Origin: Thermodesulfobacteriota bacterium
GTDB lineage: Bacteria; Desulfobacterota; Desulfobulbia; Desulfobulbales; SURF-16
Length of the DNA stretch: 64,000 nt
Direction of reading: 5' to 3'
Assembly (NCBI GenBank): GCA_049323935.1
Contig: JBMONN010000024.1
Coordinates: 16,926 to 80,925, forward strand
Within the stretch, counting starts at the first letter, position 1, and each line of letters begins with the position of its first letter. Made by a program: the position numbers and the translations under genes. The notes beneath the pieces are model-generated. The model ran no database searches, had not been told where the DNA came from, and saw only the letters and a list, made by a program, of their open reading frames with translations. Shown in pieces: positions 18,835 through 28,791 of this stretch.

Positions 18835-20493
18835 ATGAAAAAAATTCTCGTTGTCGACAACAATCCCGTCATCAGAAAGCTCCTCTCTTCAGCCCTGGAA
18901 AAAGAAGATTTCACGGTCATGGCAGCAGAGGATGGACTTTCCGCCTTTGATCTGCTCTCCGGGTTCACCCCGGACATCATCTTTCTTGATCTGGTCATGC
19001 CGAACATCAACGGCGAACAATTCTGTCGGATGGTAGCGAAACGAAACGATCTCGCCGACACGACCATTATTGTCATCTCAGGCGTTGCCGTGGAGGCCGG
19101 GGGAGAATGTGAGATCCAGGGGGTACAGGCCTGCATTGCCAAAGGACCGAACCTGGTCCATCATGTTGTCCATGCCGCCCGCACCTTTTCCGGGAAAAAA
19201 CGCCCAAAAGATGCTCATCCGGTCTACGGAGCGGACGAGGTGTTTCCCCGGGAAATTTCACGGGAACTGCTGGCAGCCAATCGTCATCTGCGGGTGGTGC
19301 TCAACAACATGAGCGAAGGCATCATGGAGCTCGCCCCCGATAACAGAATTATCTTTGCCAATCCGGCGGCGGCTCTGCTGGCTGGGGTGGCTATGGAGAC
19401 GTTGCTTGCCCATGACTTTACCGCTCTTTTCACAGGAAAAGAGCGAGAGCGGGTCATTGATATTCTGCGCTGCGGACAAACGGAAATACCGGTCCGGATT
19501 GACGAGGAAAAACCGGTTTTCTTAAACAACCGGCAGGTTTCCATCCATTTTCTGCCTGTTCAGGATCGTGAAAGCCGAACCATCATCGCCATGATCAAGG
19601 ATATCAGTAAAACAAAAATTGCAGAAAACCGCCTCAAGGAGGCCAAGGATTATCTCTCGTCGATTTTCCATGCCGTGCAGGCCGGTATCCTTGTCATCGA
19701 TGCCGAAACAAACCGGATCGTTGATGCCAATCCCAAGGCACTTGAACTCTTCGGTCTGCGCAAAAACGAGATGGAAGGTCGTTTTTACGAGGAATTCGTT
19801 CCTTTTTCGCAGGATTATGATGGATCATCGGCGCTCGATAAACGGGACACCTTTCGTCCGGCGCGAACCAGAACCATCACCAACGGCCGGGGAGAGCAGA
19901 TCCATATTCTCAAAACCACGAGTGATTGTCTGATCAACGAGCGAAAATTTTTCATCAAAAGTTTCCTCGACATCTCCGAGCAGAAAAAACTGGAGGAGAA
20001 ACTCCATGTCCTGTCGATAACCGATGAGCTGACCGGTCTGCTCAATCGTCGAGGTTTTTTCATGATGGCCAACAAACAGCTCCGCATCGCCGACAGGAAT
20101 AAGGGCCGTCTGCTGCTGCTTTTTGCCGATGTTGACAATCTGAAAGTCGTCAACGATACCTATGGACATGATATCGGCGATGCCCTGCTGGTCAAGGTCA
20201 GCGCCATTCTTTCATCCTTCAGAAGCTCGGACATTATCGGTCGGCTGGGGGGGGATGAGTTTGCGGTGCTGGTCTCAGACAGCTCCGATGACGGCGGTGA
20301 ACAGAAACTGATCAACCGTTTTCAGGCCCTTCTCGATGAGGCGAACAGGACAAACGGCTTTGCTTTCGACATCAGCGTCAGCATCGGCGTCGCCACTTAT
20401 GACCGGGAGAAGATGCCTCGGGTAGACGAACTTATTGCCGAGGCGGACCGGAAGATGTACTTTTCGAAAAAAGACAAAAAAGCCTGCCGGTAA
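18835..20493 (+). CDS. response regulator receiver - PAS - GGDEF diguanylate cyclase
   Basis: REC domain (KILVVDNNP..., FLDLVMPNINGEQ), two PAS-like segments, and a GGDEF domain with RLGGDEFAVL. Confidence 0.85.
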   Translation: MKKILVVDNNPVIRKLLSSALEKEDFTVMAAEDGLSAFDLLSGFTPDIIFLDLVMPNINGEQFCRMVAKRNDLADTTIIVISGVAVEAGGECEIQGVQACIAKGPNLVHHVVHAARTFSGKKRPKDAHPVYGADEVFPREISRELLAANRHLRVVLNNMSEGIMELAPDNRIIFANPAAALLAGVAMETLLAHDFTALFTGKERERVIDILRCGQTEIPVRIDEEKPVFLNNRQVSIHFLPVQDRESRTIIAMIKDISKTKIAENRLKEAKDYLSSIFHAVQAGILVIDAETNRIVDANPKALELFGLRKNEMEGRFYEEFVPFSQDYDGSSALDKRDTFRPARTRTITNGRGEQIHILKTTSDCLINERKFFIKSFLDISEQKKLEEKLHVLSITDELTGLLNRRGFFMMANKQLRIADRNKGRLLLLFADVDNLKVVNDTYGHDIGDALLVKVSAILSSFRSSDIIGRLGGDEFAVLVSDSSDDGGEQKLINRFQALLDEANRTNGFAFDISVSIGVATYDREKMPRVDELIAEADRKMYFSKKDKKACR

Positions 20494-20516
20494 CGGCTGC
20501 TGCTCTCACCTGAACC

Positions 20517-20547
20517 AAAAAAGCCCGCAGATCATGCGGACTTTTTT
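20517..20547. terminator. candidate bidirectional rho-independent terminator
   Basis: A6 - GCCCGCA gatca TGCGGAC - T6 between convergent genes. The stem is short (5-6 bp). Confidence 0.45.
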
Positions 20548-20574
20548 GGTGGTTCCGGGAAATCAGCCTTCGCT

Positions 20575-21381
20575 TCAGTCAGTTTCCTTTCCACTCATGC
20601 TGTGCAGGGTAATGGCGCCGGCAAGGCCGACAAGGCCGAGATTGGCGGCTTTTTTTGCTTCTGGTCGCATTCGCGCAAGCAGGCTGCGGCGTAATGAGGC
20701 GACCGGCATGGTTGTCGGAGCTGAGGTGGTGGTCAACAGATGCATGTCCTTTTTTGAGCCGAAATAACGGGTGTTCGGTCCGATATTGACTGCATCCGAT
20801 GTCAAGCCGACGGCGCCCTCTTTGAGATAACGGGCAACCTCGGAATCCGGATCGTCGAGATCGCCGAAGATCCTGGCGTTGGCCAGACAGGTCTGGACAC
20901 AGGCCGGTTGCAGACCCAGCTCCACCCTGGGCAGACAATAGGTGCATTTATCGGCGATCCCCTCACCGCCTATTTCTTCGTTGGCGATAGCCTTATTGAC
21001 ATAACGGGCGCGATACGGACAGGCATCGGCGCAGGCGCCGCAGCCCAGACAGCGGTCCTGATCAATCTGCACCGTCCCGTTGAAGGGATGTTGATAGGTT
21101 GCCGCCACCTGGATGGTTTTGCTCTGGCCTGTTTTGCCGTCCTGGAATGTTTTTTCCACCGCATCAGCGGGACAGACGGCCACGCAGGGAGGGTTATTAC
21201 AATGGTTACAAAGGCCTGGGTAGTAGGTGGAGGCTAGGCCTTCCGGGGTATTGGCCGGTCCCAGCCGATGGACCCAGTTGCGACCCTTGTCGGAGGGAAC
21301 CTCCCACTCCGCTTTGCAGGCAACCGCACAGGCGTGACAGCCGACACATCTGTTCAAGTCAATGATCATTCCATATTGCAT
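20575..21381 (-). CDS. 4Fe-4S dicluster electron-transfer subunit (PsrB/DmsB/NrfC-like) with C-terminal TM helix
   Basis: Four ferredoxin Cys groups (CVGCHACAVACK, CNHCNNPPCVAVCP, CLGCGACADACP, CTYC...CVQTC). C-terminal hydrophobic stretch AANLGLVGLAGAITL. Confidence 0.85.
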   Translation of the reverse strand: MQYGMIIDLNRCVGCHACAVACKAEWEVPSDKGRNWVHRLGPANTPEGLASTYYPGLCNHCNNPPCVAVCPADAVEKTFQDGKTGQSKTIQVAATYQHPFNGTVQIDQDRCLGCGACADACPYRARYVNKAIANEEIGGEGIADKCTYCLPRVELGLQPACVQTCLANARIFGDLDDPDSEVARYLKEGAVGLTSDAVNIGPNTRYFGSKKDMHLLTTTSAPTTMPVASLRRSLLARMRPEAKKAANLGLVGLAGAITLHSMSGKETD

Positions 21382-21431
21382 AAGGGGTCTCCCTCCTCAA
21401 AAAAAATTCTCCATTGCGGCATTCCGCCCAA

Positions 21432-23663
21432 TCAGGTCGGCAGAGCAAAAGGTTTTCCATCCTTGACAATTTTTACAAAATTGTTGCGCATGCCGTGACA
21501 GCCTGTTTCCGGATCAACGGCAAGTTTGCTGATCAACTCCTGGTCATCAATTCCCTTGTTGCATCCCGCCGTCATCATGGGATTTTTTGAGCCATAGCCA
21601 TGGACGAGATAGAGAGTGTCCGAACGGATACCCGGTGTCGCCTTAACAATGCTTTTCCCGGCCGAGACAATTCCTTCACTGTTGATGAGCTGGATTTCGT
21701 CGCCGTCCTGCAGGCCCATTTTTTTGGCAACCTCGTCATTGATCCACACCGGGTTGATCGGCATTTCATGGTTGAGCCAGACATTGTTCTGGCTGCGATT
21801 AAAGGTATGCACCGGTGATCGCCCATAAACCAGACGGGCATAACCCGCGGGCGGTTCCTCAACCGGAAGATAGGTGGGGACGCCCGCAAAGCCGTTTTCC
21901 TCCAGTTCTTCGTTGTAGAGAAGTACCTCGAAATCCTCGGACACCCCATAGGGATTTTTACCGGGTCGCAGATGGATGCCCCCCTCTTCACGGATCTGGG
22001 CAAGGGAAAGATTGACCGAGGCAAGCTCTTTGTCGACCTTTTCCTCAAGACTGGCCACCGGAATCCTGTCGGCATAGCCCATCCGTGCCGCCAGCTGGTT
22101 GGTGATCCACACCTGATCCTTTCGTTCAAACATGGCATCAACGAGCGGCAGGCGCGGGGCGATAAACTGTTGGTGGGGATCAGCGAAATTCCACTGAGTG
22201 CCGGTTTTGATATAGTCATACCGTTCCAGATAACAGGCCTCGGGCAGCAGGATGTCCGCATACATGGTGATGTCGGTGGGCATGATATCGACACACATGA
22301 CAAAATCCATCTGTTGCAGCGCCTCAATGGTTTTCCGCTGGTTGGGGATGGTCTGCAGAGGGTTCTGCCCCCAAATGACCCAGGCTTTGATCGGATAGGG
22401 CTTTCCGGTGAGACAGGCTTCTCGGATCAGTTCGGTCGGGGTGCCCGGTGGGGAATACTGATGAACATCCCTGATGGCGCGGAGATTGAATTCGCCGCCA
22501 TGCTCTCCCCGGGGCCAGCCGATCCCCTTCACTTTAGGCCCTTTGGGTTTGACAAAACCGCCGGGTACTCCGATTGCACCGAGCAGAGCGGTGAGACAGG
22601 CCTGGGCGCGGATGCGCTGGAAGTCGTTGCCATGCCAGCTGACATGCCGACCGGGATGGATGGAGACATGCGGGGCATTGGCGGCGAGCAGCTCGGCTAC
22701 CTCCTTGATCTGGTCGGCGGGAACATCACAGATGGCGGCGGCCCAGTCCAGGGATGCATGGGCAATCCCATCCTTGAACTTCAGAAAGCCGACACAGTGA
22801 TTACCGACGAATTTCTTGTCGTATTTCCCTTCCTGCAGCAGATAATTCATCACCGCCTGCAGAAATGCGGTGTCCGTGCCCGGTTTGATCTGCACCCAGA
22901 TATGAGACTTGGCTGCAGCAGCCGAGTAACGGGGGTCGAGGACGACGAGTCTGGCGCCCTTTTCAAGACCTTTGAGGTATTTTTTCAGGTGTGAAACATG
23001 GACGTTTTCCCCAAGATGATCACCGACCAGGAAGATCACCTTGGCGTTCGCCATATCGACGTTTTCTCCGGGCGGGGTGCCGAAGGTGGCCATATAGCCC
23101 ATATCGCGAACGCCGCGACACTGAAAAAAAGACGCTTCGCTGACATTCTGGGTGCCGACGACGTTTTCCAGAAATTCCATGGGATATTTCGCCGACGCCC
23201 CATGGGGAAACATGGCAATACCATGGCCGCCGTATTTGTTAACCACCGTCTTCAGTCTAAAGGCGCACTCATCGAGCGCCTCCTCCCAGCTGATCTGTTT
23301 CCATTGGGGTCTTCCGCGCTGGCCGACGTTTTTCATCGGGTATTTCAGGCGGTCCGGATCGTAAAGCAGTTTGATACCGGCATTGCCCCGTGCGCAGATG
23401 GCGGTACCGTTATCGATACTTTTCGGATTCCCTTCCAGCTTGACAAGTTTTCCATCCCTCACCCTGCCTACCAGATTGCACCGCCAGAAACACATCTCAC
23501 AGATCCCGCCTGTTACCGTCTCAGTGGTTACAGCGCTGCCGGGCGCACTGATTTTTTTTGGCGTAAATCCTGTTTCCGCCTTCACCACTCTGGACAACGG
23601 CAGCGAGGCAACCGTCAGCGAAGCCGTCTGCAGGAATGTGCGTCGAGTCATTGTCTTGGCCAT
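21432..23663 (-). CDS. Tat-exported molybdopterin oxidoreductase catalytic subunit (DMSO reductase superfamily; Psr/Phs/Arr-like)
   Basis: Twin-arginine signal MAKTMTRRTFLQTASL; FS0 cluster motif CEMCFWRCNL...AICARG. Start set at the internal ATG 23663, directly after the chaperone gene's stop. Confidence 0.85.
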   Translation of the reverse strand: MAKTMTRRTFLQTASLTVASLPLSRVVKAETGFTPKKISAPGSAVTTETVTGGICEMCFWRCNLVGRVRDGKLVKLEGNPKSIDNGTAICARGNAGIKLLYDPDRLKYPMKNVGQRGRPQWKQISWEEALDECAFRLKTVVNKYGGHGIAMFPHGASAKYPMEFLENVVGTQNVSEASFFQCRGVRDMGYMATFGTPPGENVDMANAKVIFLVGDHLGENVHVSHLKKYLKGLEKGARLVVLDPRYSAAAAKSHIWVQIKPGTDTAFLQAVMNYLLQEGKYDKKFVGNHCVGFLKFKDGIAHASLDWAAAICDVPADQIKEVAELLAANAPHVSIHPGRHVSWHGNDFQRIRAQACLTALLGAIGVPGGFVKPKGPKVKGIGWPRGEHGGEFNLRAIRDVHQYSPPGTPTELIREACLTGKPYPIKAWVIWGQNPLQTIPNQRKTIEALQQMDFVMCVDIMPTDITMYADILLPEACYLERYDYIKTGTQWNFADPHQQFIAPRLPLVDAMFERKDQVWITNQLAARMGYADRIPVASLEEKVDKELASVNLSLAQIREEGGIHLRPGKNPYGVSEDFEVLLYNEELEENGFAGVPTYLPVEEPPAGYARLVYGRSPVHTFNRSQNNVWLNHEMPINPVWINDEVAKKMGLQDGDEIQLINSEGIVSAGKSIVKATPGIRSDTLYLVHGYGSKNPMMTAGCNKGIDDQELISKLAVDPETGCHGMRNNFVKIVKDGKPFALPT

Positions 23664-23664
23664 A

Positions 23665-24237
23665 CTACAACTCCTCCCGTGTGAAAAAATCGATGAGTTG
23701 CAACACCACCCGATAATAGGGATGGCACACTTCAGCAAGAACCCTGTTCCGGAATACGACAAACCATGGAGTAAAAAACCTTTCCAGAAACTGCTGCTCA
23801 CCCTGGTCATCTTTCGCCCGGGCAAGCAGGGCGAGGAATTCCAGCTCCGAAACAATATGGTCGGGAAGTTCATTGGTCCGGGTCAGGATAAAACCCTTTC
23901 CCCGGTAAAACATCCTGGTTTCCTCGGCAATTCTGCCGTAGAGGGTGCCGTCGCCTCCCGGATAATGGACTGAGGCGTATGGCGGGGCGATGGCACAGGG
24001 GACGCCGTTGACAAAAAGACGGGTATATTCAATCTGCAGATCTTCGATAAAATCCGCGGATTCTTTTTTGGCGTCTTCCAGTGCCGCGATGTCGGCATCA
24101 CAGCGAAGCTGAGTAAGGATGGAAAACAGCGCCGACCAGTAATCATCGGTAAACCAGACAGTGGTCGGATAGTGCATGGATTGGGCAAGAAAACGATAGA
24201 CATCCGCCATGGATATGGCGTCGCTGTTTTTCTCCAT
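23665..24237 (-). CDS. TorD/DmsD family redox-enzyme maturation chaperone
   Basis: 190 aa; YTRLFV...P...SVY-type motif (EYTRLFVNGVPCAIAPPYASVH), DHIVSELEFLALL. Sits immediately upstream of the Mo-enzyme. Confidence 0.7.
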   Translation of the reverse strand: MEKNSDAISMADVYRFLAQSMHYPTTVWFTDDYWSALFSILTQLRCDADIAALEDAKKESADFIEDLQIEYTRLFVNGVPCAIAPPYASVHYPGGDGTLYGRIAEETRMFYRGKGFILTRTNELPDHIVSELEFLALLARAKDDQGEQQFLERFFTPWFVVFRNRVLAEVCHPYYRVVLQLIDFFTREEL

Positions 24238-24365
24238 CCCTTTTCCCTATCAGTTTGTAAAAAAAACTTTCCTGGCTCTTTCGAGGCCGGTGCATGCGGC
24301 GGCACCTCCCTGTGCCGCTGGCGATTCATTTGTCAACGGGTTGTCATGCCGTTTTTGGAAATCAC

Positions 24366-24481
24366 CAGAACTTGATGGTCTTGCAACAACCCGCAAGCCG
24401 TGGCAAACGGGAAAGCGAAAACAACGAGTTACAAAAAACGGCCTGTCGGAATCGTCGTTTTTTACGATTCCGACAGAACTT
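24366..24481 (-). repeat. family B element (copy B2)
   Basis: Perfect hairpin GTCGGAATCGT/ACGATTCCGAC (24445-24474), core GTAACTCGTTGTTTTCGCTTTCCCG...GCCACGGCTTGCGGG on the minus strand. Flanked by CAGAACTT at 24366 and 24474. Confidence 0.7.
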
Positions 24482-24592
24482 CAACAGGGGACAAATGTTA
24501 CTGTTGTACTGGATGGAAACAGAGGTGTCAATGTTGATGTCGCAAAAAAAAAGACAAAACAAGAGGTGAGGCAGGGAGAATATGGAAGATAT

Positions 24593-25039
24593 TCAATCTG
24601 CTGCCGGAGATGCGACCTGATTAATGAGAGCGACAAGATCCGACGGAAGCCTGGTCAGTTTCCCGGCTTTATCCACCGAGGCATGCACCGTGAACCCTTT
24701 GACCAGCAGCCTGTTGTCGGCGGCGGTCAGGACATGATGATGGAAACGCCAGGAAAAGGAAGAAATCCGCTGCATAGAGGTCTTGATGGCAAGAAGGTCG
24801 TCATAGCGGGCCGGCGCCTTGTAGCGCAGGTAACTTTCCACCACCGGCAGGATAAAGCCGCGTTCCTCGATCTCCCGGTAGGAACAGACATATTCACGCA
24901 TGAAGTCGGAACGGCCCTGCTCGAAGAACCGGAGATAGGTGGCATTGTAAACCACTCCGCCGGCATCGGTGTCGCCATAGAGGACGCGACAGCAGGAGTG
25001 ATAAACCGGGTCGGTCAGTTTGATTTTGAGCGATGACAT
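24593..25039 (-). CDS. acyl-CoA thioesterase, YbgC/4HBT family
   Basis: Hot-dog fold motif VLYGDTDAGGVVYNATYLRFFEQGR. Start set at the internal ATG 25039; upstream codons lie in repeat B3. Confidence 0.8.
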   Translation of the reverse strand: MSSLKIKLTDPVYHSCCRVLYGDTDAGGVVYNATYLRFFEQGRSDFMREYVCSYREIEERGFILPVVESYLRYKAPARYDDLLAIKTSMQRISSFSWRFHHHVLTAADNRLLVKGFTVHASVDKAGKLTRLPSDLVALINQVASPAAD

Positions 25040-25070
25040 GGCTGTGCTGGTGACGTTACTATCAGAGGAA

Positions 25071-25243
25071 GTGTAACTCGTTGTTTTCGCTTTCCCGCCT
25101 GCCACGGCTTACGGGTTTTTGCGAGAACATCATTTTTGTCGGAATCGTGAAAAAACCACGATTCCGACGGACGCGCATTGTAACTTGTGGTTTTCACTCT
25201 CCCGACCGCCATGGCTTACGGGTTTTGGGAGAGCATCATTTTT
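25071..25243 (+). repeat. family B elements, tandem copies B3a (lacks hairpin) and B3b
   Basis: Core-M-hairpin-core-M arrangement. Perfect 12-bp hairpin GTCGGAATCGTG aaaaaac CACGATTCCGAC at 25138-25168. CATCATTTTT occurs at 25128 and 25234. The apgM stop codon lies in the last motif. Confidence 0.7.
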
Positions 25244-26447
25244 CCAGAACGAATCGGAAAAATTTTTCGCCGTTGGCGAAAAAGAGCGGGGAAGCAGCCC
25301 CGTTTCTCTCACTGAAACCGCCGCTATTTTTCTCCCCCGGATTGCGTGCATCAAACAGGGCAAAGGGAACCGGATCAGCGGTGTGCGTCTTCAGGCTCAG
25401 GGGGGTAAGATGATCCATACATACCACCAGTCGAAAATTTCCTCTACGCCGCATCTCGTCAAGAATGGGGCGAACGATTTTGTCGTCAAAATCCTCGATC
25501 GCTCTGATCTTTTCCTTGAGCAGTCCCTGATGACCGGCCTCGTCTGGCGCCTCAACATGGACAAGGACGAAATCCTTGTCCCGGATCGCGGCAAGCGCCG
25601 CATCGACCTTGCCCTGATAGTTGGTGTCCAGATATCCGGTGGCGCCGGGGACCGAGATAATATCGAGACCGGCATAAACACCGATGCCCTTCAGGAGATC
25701 CACCGCGGAAATAAGGGAACCGCTGATTCCGTAATTCTGCCCAAGGGTGGACATTTTCGGGGCTTTGCCCTGCCCCCAGAGCCAGACACCATTGGCCGGC
25801 GGTTTGCCCACCCTGATCCTCTCCCGGTTAACCGGATGTTTCTGCAGCACCTGTTCCGCTTTTTTCATAAACTCCATCAACAGGGGCTGCAACTCGTATT
25901 TCTTCCAAAAGGCGGTGACATCCTGACCTGTATAGTCATGGGGAGGAACAGTGACGAGTCCGGCCGGGTTGCCTCGGTAGACAAAGAGATGACGGTAGCT
26001 GACCCCTGGATAGAGACTGAATTTTTCGTTGACAACGGCATCATTGATGGCAACAACAAGCTCCCCGGCCTCATCGCTGCTGATATGGCCGCCACTGTAA
26101 TCAACCATAATGACCCGGTCGCCGTCATGACGCAGGGTCACCAGGTTGCAGCGAAAGGCAATCTCGTTTTCCGCAAGCTCCACCCCGAGGCTTGCGGCCT
26201 CCAAGGGAGAACGTCCGGTATAGACATCCTCCGGCCGGTAGCCGAGCAACGACAGATTGGCGACATCGCTGCCGGGTGGGAACCCTTGGGGAACGGTCTG
26301 GATTTGGCCAATTAAGCCATGGTTGGCAACAAAATCCATGGCGGGCGTGCTGGCCGCCTCCAAGGGGGTTTTGTCGCCAAGCGTCTCAAGGGGGAGATCC
26401 CCCATGCCGTCACCGACCAGAATGAGATATTTCATGTTATTCTTCAT
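25236..26447 (-). CDS. cofactor-independent phosphoglycerate mutase family (ApgM-type metalloenzyme); possibly a non-canonical homoserine kinase
   Basis: KYLILVGDGMGD N-terminus, HVEAPDEAGH motif of the alkaline-phosphatase/ApgM superfamily. 11-nt overlap with the hom stop. Confidence 0.75.
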   Translation of the reverse strand: MKNNMKYLILVGDGMGDLPLETLGDKTPLEAASTPAMDFVANHGLIGQIQTVPQGFPPGSDVANLSLLGYRPEDVYTGRSPLEAASLGVELAENEIAFRCNLVTLRHDGDRVIMVDYSGGHISSDEAGELVVAINDAVVNEKFSLYPGVSYRHLFVYRGNPAGLVTVPPHDYTGQDVTAFWKKYELQPLLMEFMKKAEQVLQKHPVNRERIRVGKPPANGVWLWGQGKAPKMSTLGQNYGISGSLISAVDLLKGIGVYAGLDIISVPGATGYLDTNYQGKVDAALAAIRDKDFVLVHVEAPDEAGHQGLLKEKIRAIEDFDDKIVRPILDEMRRRGNFRLVVCMDHLTPLSLKTHTADPVPFALFDARNPGEKNSGGFSERNGAASPLFFANGEKFFRFVLEK

Positions 26448-27744
26448 CGACTAAAATTCTGATTTTCATGGTCGGCGCCGTGGTCGTTTCCAGGGCGTCG
26501 ATCTCGAGCAGAGCCTTGCGCACGGCGTCTTCTCGCGCCTCGTAGGTACGCATGACGATGGGCACGGTACCCTTCTGTTCCCTGCCCTTCTGGATGACCG
26601 ACTCGATACTGATGTCGTGCTGGCCGAGAATGCCGGAGATTTTCGACAGCACCCCGGGCTTGTCCAGGGTGGAAAACCGAAAGTAATAGGGAAAGCTCAA
26701 CTCCTCCAGCGGGGTGATGCGGCGGGGAGCGATATGTTCGTGTCGATAGGACAGGCTCGGCACCCGATTGATCGCCCCACGGAGAATGTTGCGGGCGATG
26801 TCCACCACATCAGCAACGACGGCGCTGCCGGTCGGCATCTTGCCGGCGCCCTTACCATAGAGCAACACGTTTTCAACCATGTCGCCGGTGAAATAAAATC
26901 CGTTGTAGGCGCCATTGATATTGGCCAGCATGTGTTTTTCCGGCACCAGGGTCGGGTGGACCCGGGCCTCGACATGTTCGCCGTGGTTGCGACTGATGGC
27001 CAGCAGTTTGATGCGGTAACCGAATTCCTTGGCGAACTGGATGTCAATGGGCTCGATGCGGCTGATGCCCTCGCAGATGACATCTTCCAAATGAACGGTC
27101 ATGCCGTAAGCCATGGTCATGAGGATGACCAGTTTGTGGGCTGTGTCGATTCCCTCGATATCGTAGGTCGGGTCCGCCTCGGCGTAACCTTTGGCCTGAG
27201 CCTCGCGCAGGACCTCGGCAAAGGGGGTACCATGATCGGTCATCTGGGAGAGGATATAGTTGCCGGTGCCGTTCATAATACCCATGATGGACAGGATTTT
27301 GTTGGCCACCAGTCCTTCCTTCAGCGTCTTAATCAAAGGAATACCGCCGCCAACGCTTGCCTCGAAACCGATTTCCACGTTTTTTTCATGGGCTGCGGTG
27401 AACAGCTCCATCCCATGCTCGGAGAGCAGCGCCTTGTTGGCGGTGACCACATGCTTGCCGTGCCGGATCGCATCGAGGATCATGGTTTTAGCAATGGTCG
27501 TGCCGCCGATGAGCTCGATGACAATGTTAATCTCCGGGTCAGTGATGATCTCCGCCGCGTTGCGGGTCAAGACAACGTCGCCGAGATGAGAAGGCAGCCT
27601 TTCCACCGAGATGTCGGCCACCTTCTTCAAGACAATGGCTGCGCCGGTTTTTTTTCGTATACGTTCGGACTGTTCATGCAGTACCTGTGCGGTACCACTG
27701 CCAACGGTGCCAAATCCGATAAGTCCTACATTGATGACGTTCAT
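26437..27744 (-). CDS. hom: homoserine dehydrogenase
   Basis: NVGLIGFGTVGSG NAD fold, central catalytic domain, C-terminal ACT domain (GVLSKISGILG). Confidence 0.9.
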   Translation of the reverse strand: MNVINVGLIGFGTVGSGTAQVLHEQSERIRKKTGAAIVLKKVADISVERLPSHLGDVVLTRNAAEIITDPEINIVIELIGGTTIAKTMILDAIRHGKHVVTANKALLSEHGMELFTAAHEKNVEIGFEASVGGGIPLIKTLKEGLVANKILSIMGIMNGTGNYILSQMTDHGTPFAEVLREAQAKGYAEADPTYDIEGIDTAHKLVILMTMAYGMTVHLEDVICEGISRIEPIDIQFAKEFGYRIKLLAISRNHGEHVEARVHPTLVPEKHMLANINGAYNGFYFTGDMVENVLLYGKGAGKMPTGSAVVADVVDIARNILRGAINRVPSLSYRHEHIAPRRITPLEELSFPYYFRFSTLDKPGVLSKISGILGQHDISIESVIQKGREQKGTVPIVMRTYEAREDAVRKALLEIDALETTTAPTMKIRILVDEE

Positions 27745-27919
27745 GTTCCCTGTGGTCCTGTGAGAATGAAAAGTAGTTGAGGTAATTCCGAAAAAAATCA
27801 GAAATTATTACCTCCTTTCCCGGCATCTGTCAAAAAAAATACGGCCTAAAAAGGAACTTTTTCAGCAAAATTCCGTCCTTATTACCATTTATCTCTTTTC
27901 TCCATACAACAAAATTCTC

Positions 27920-27949
27920 TTGAAATAGTAGAAAAAGGGTATATATAAT
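27920..27949 (+). promoter_or_regulatory. candidate sigma70 promoter upstream of tolQ
   Basis: TTGAAA - 18 nt - TATAAT in the AT-rich 330-nt gap before tolQ. Sequence match only. Confidence 0.3.
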
Positions 27950-28077
27950 ATCTGATTTTCACGAGACGAAATGAAACTTTTTTTCGGGGCTCCTGGTCTC
28001 ACGTCATCCACTATCCCCACTTTTCATCCGGTTCACTCCATCTTGATCCAAACCTCAATCATGTTTAGGGAATTACC

Positions 28078-28776
28078 GTGCAAGAACTGAATATTTTTTC
28101 CATGTTTTGGAATGCAGGGCTGGTTGTCAAATTCGTCATGCTGCTTCTACTCTTTTTTTCGCTGATGTCCTGGTATATCGTTTTTCAAAAGCAAATGCTC
28201 TACAAGAAAGTCAGGACGGAATCGCAGGTTTTCCTAGATAAATTCTGGAGCAGCAAGACCCTGGCCGAGGCCTACAAGTCCGCCCTTGAGGCCTCCCTGT
28301 GCCCCGAGGCGGCAATCTTTCGCTCCGGCTACGCCGAATTACAGAAAATCGGCAGACGGAAAACCAATGGCGGAGCTGAACCGCAGACCCTTGACATGTG
28401 TCTTGCCGGTATGGAAAATCTCAAACGTGTTTTAACCAAATCCGTTGACCGGGAATCCTCTCTGCTCGGCGAATCCCTTTCCTTTCTTGCCACTACCGGC
28501 AGTTCCACCCCTTTTATCGGTCTGTTCGGCACGGTCTGGGGCATCATGGAATCCTTTAAGGAGATCGGCGCCCGCGGGTCCGCCTCTCTGGCCGTTGTCG
28601 CCCCCGGTATTTCCGAGGCTCTGGTAGCGACAGCCGCCGGACTGGCAGTCGCCATTCCGGCGGTTATCTTTTATAATTATTATTCGAATCAGGTCGAGGA
28701 ACTGGAAGGCAGCATGGCGAGCTTTGCCAGTGATTTTCTGAACCTTGTTGAACGTGATCTCATCTCGCGCTGCTAA
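28078..28776 (+). CDS. tolQ: Tol-Pal system protein TolQ (MotA/TolQ/ExbB family)
   Basis: Three TM segments; conserved LATTGSSTPFIGLFGTVWGI and APGISEALVATAAGL. GTG start. Confidence 0.85.
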   Translation: MQELNIFSMFWNAGLVVKFVMLLLLFFSLMSWYIVFQKQMLYKKVRTESQVFLDKFWSSKTLAEAYKSALEASLCPEAAIFRSGYAELQKIGRRKTNGGAEPQTLDMCLAGMENLKRVLTKSVDRESSLLGESLSFLATTGSSTPFIGLFGTVWGIMESFKEIGARGSASLAVVAPGISEALVATAAGLAVAIPAVIFYNYYSNQVEELEGSMASFASDFLNLVERDLISRC

Positions 28777-28791
28777 AAGAGGACAACTGCC

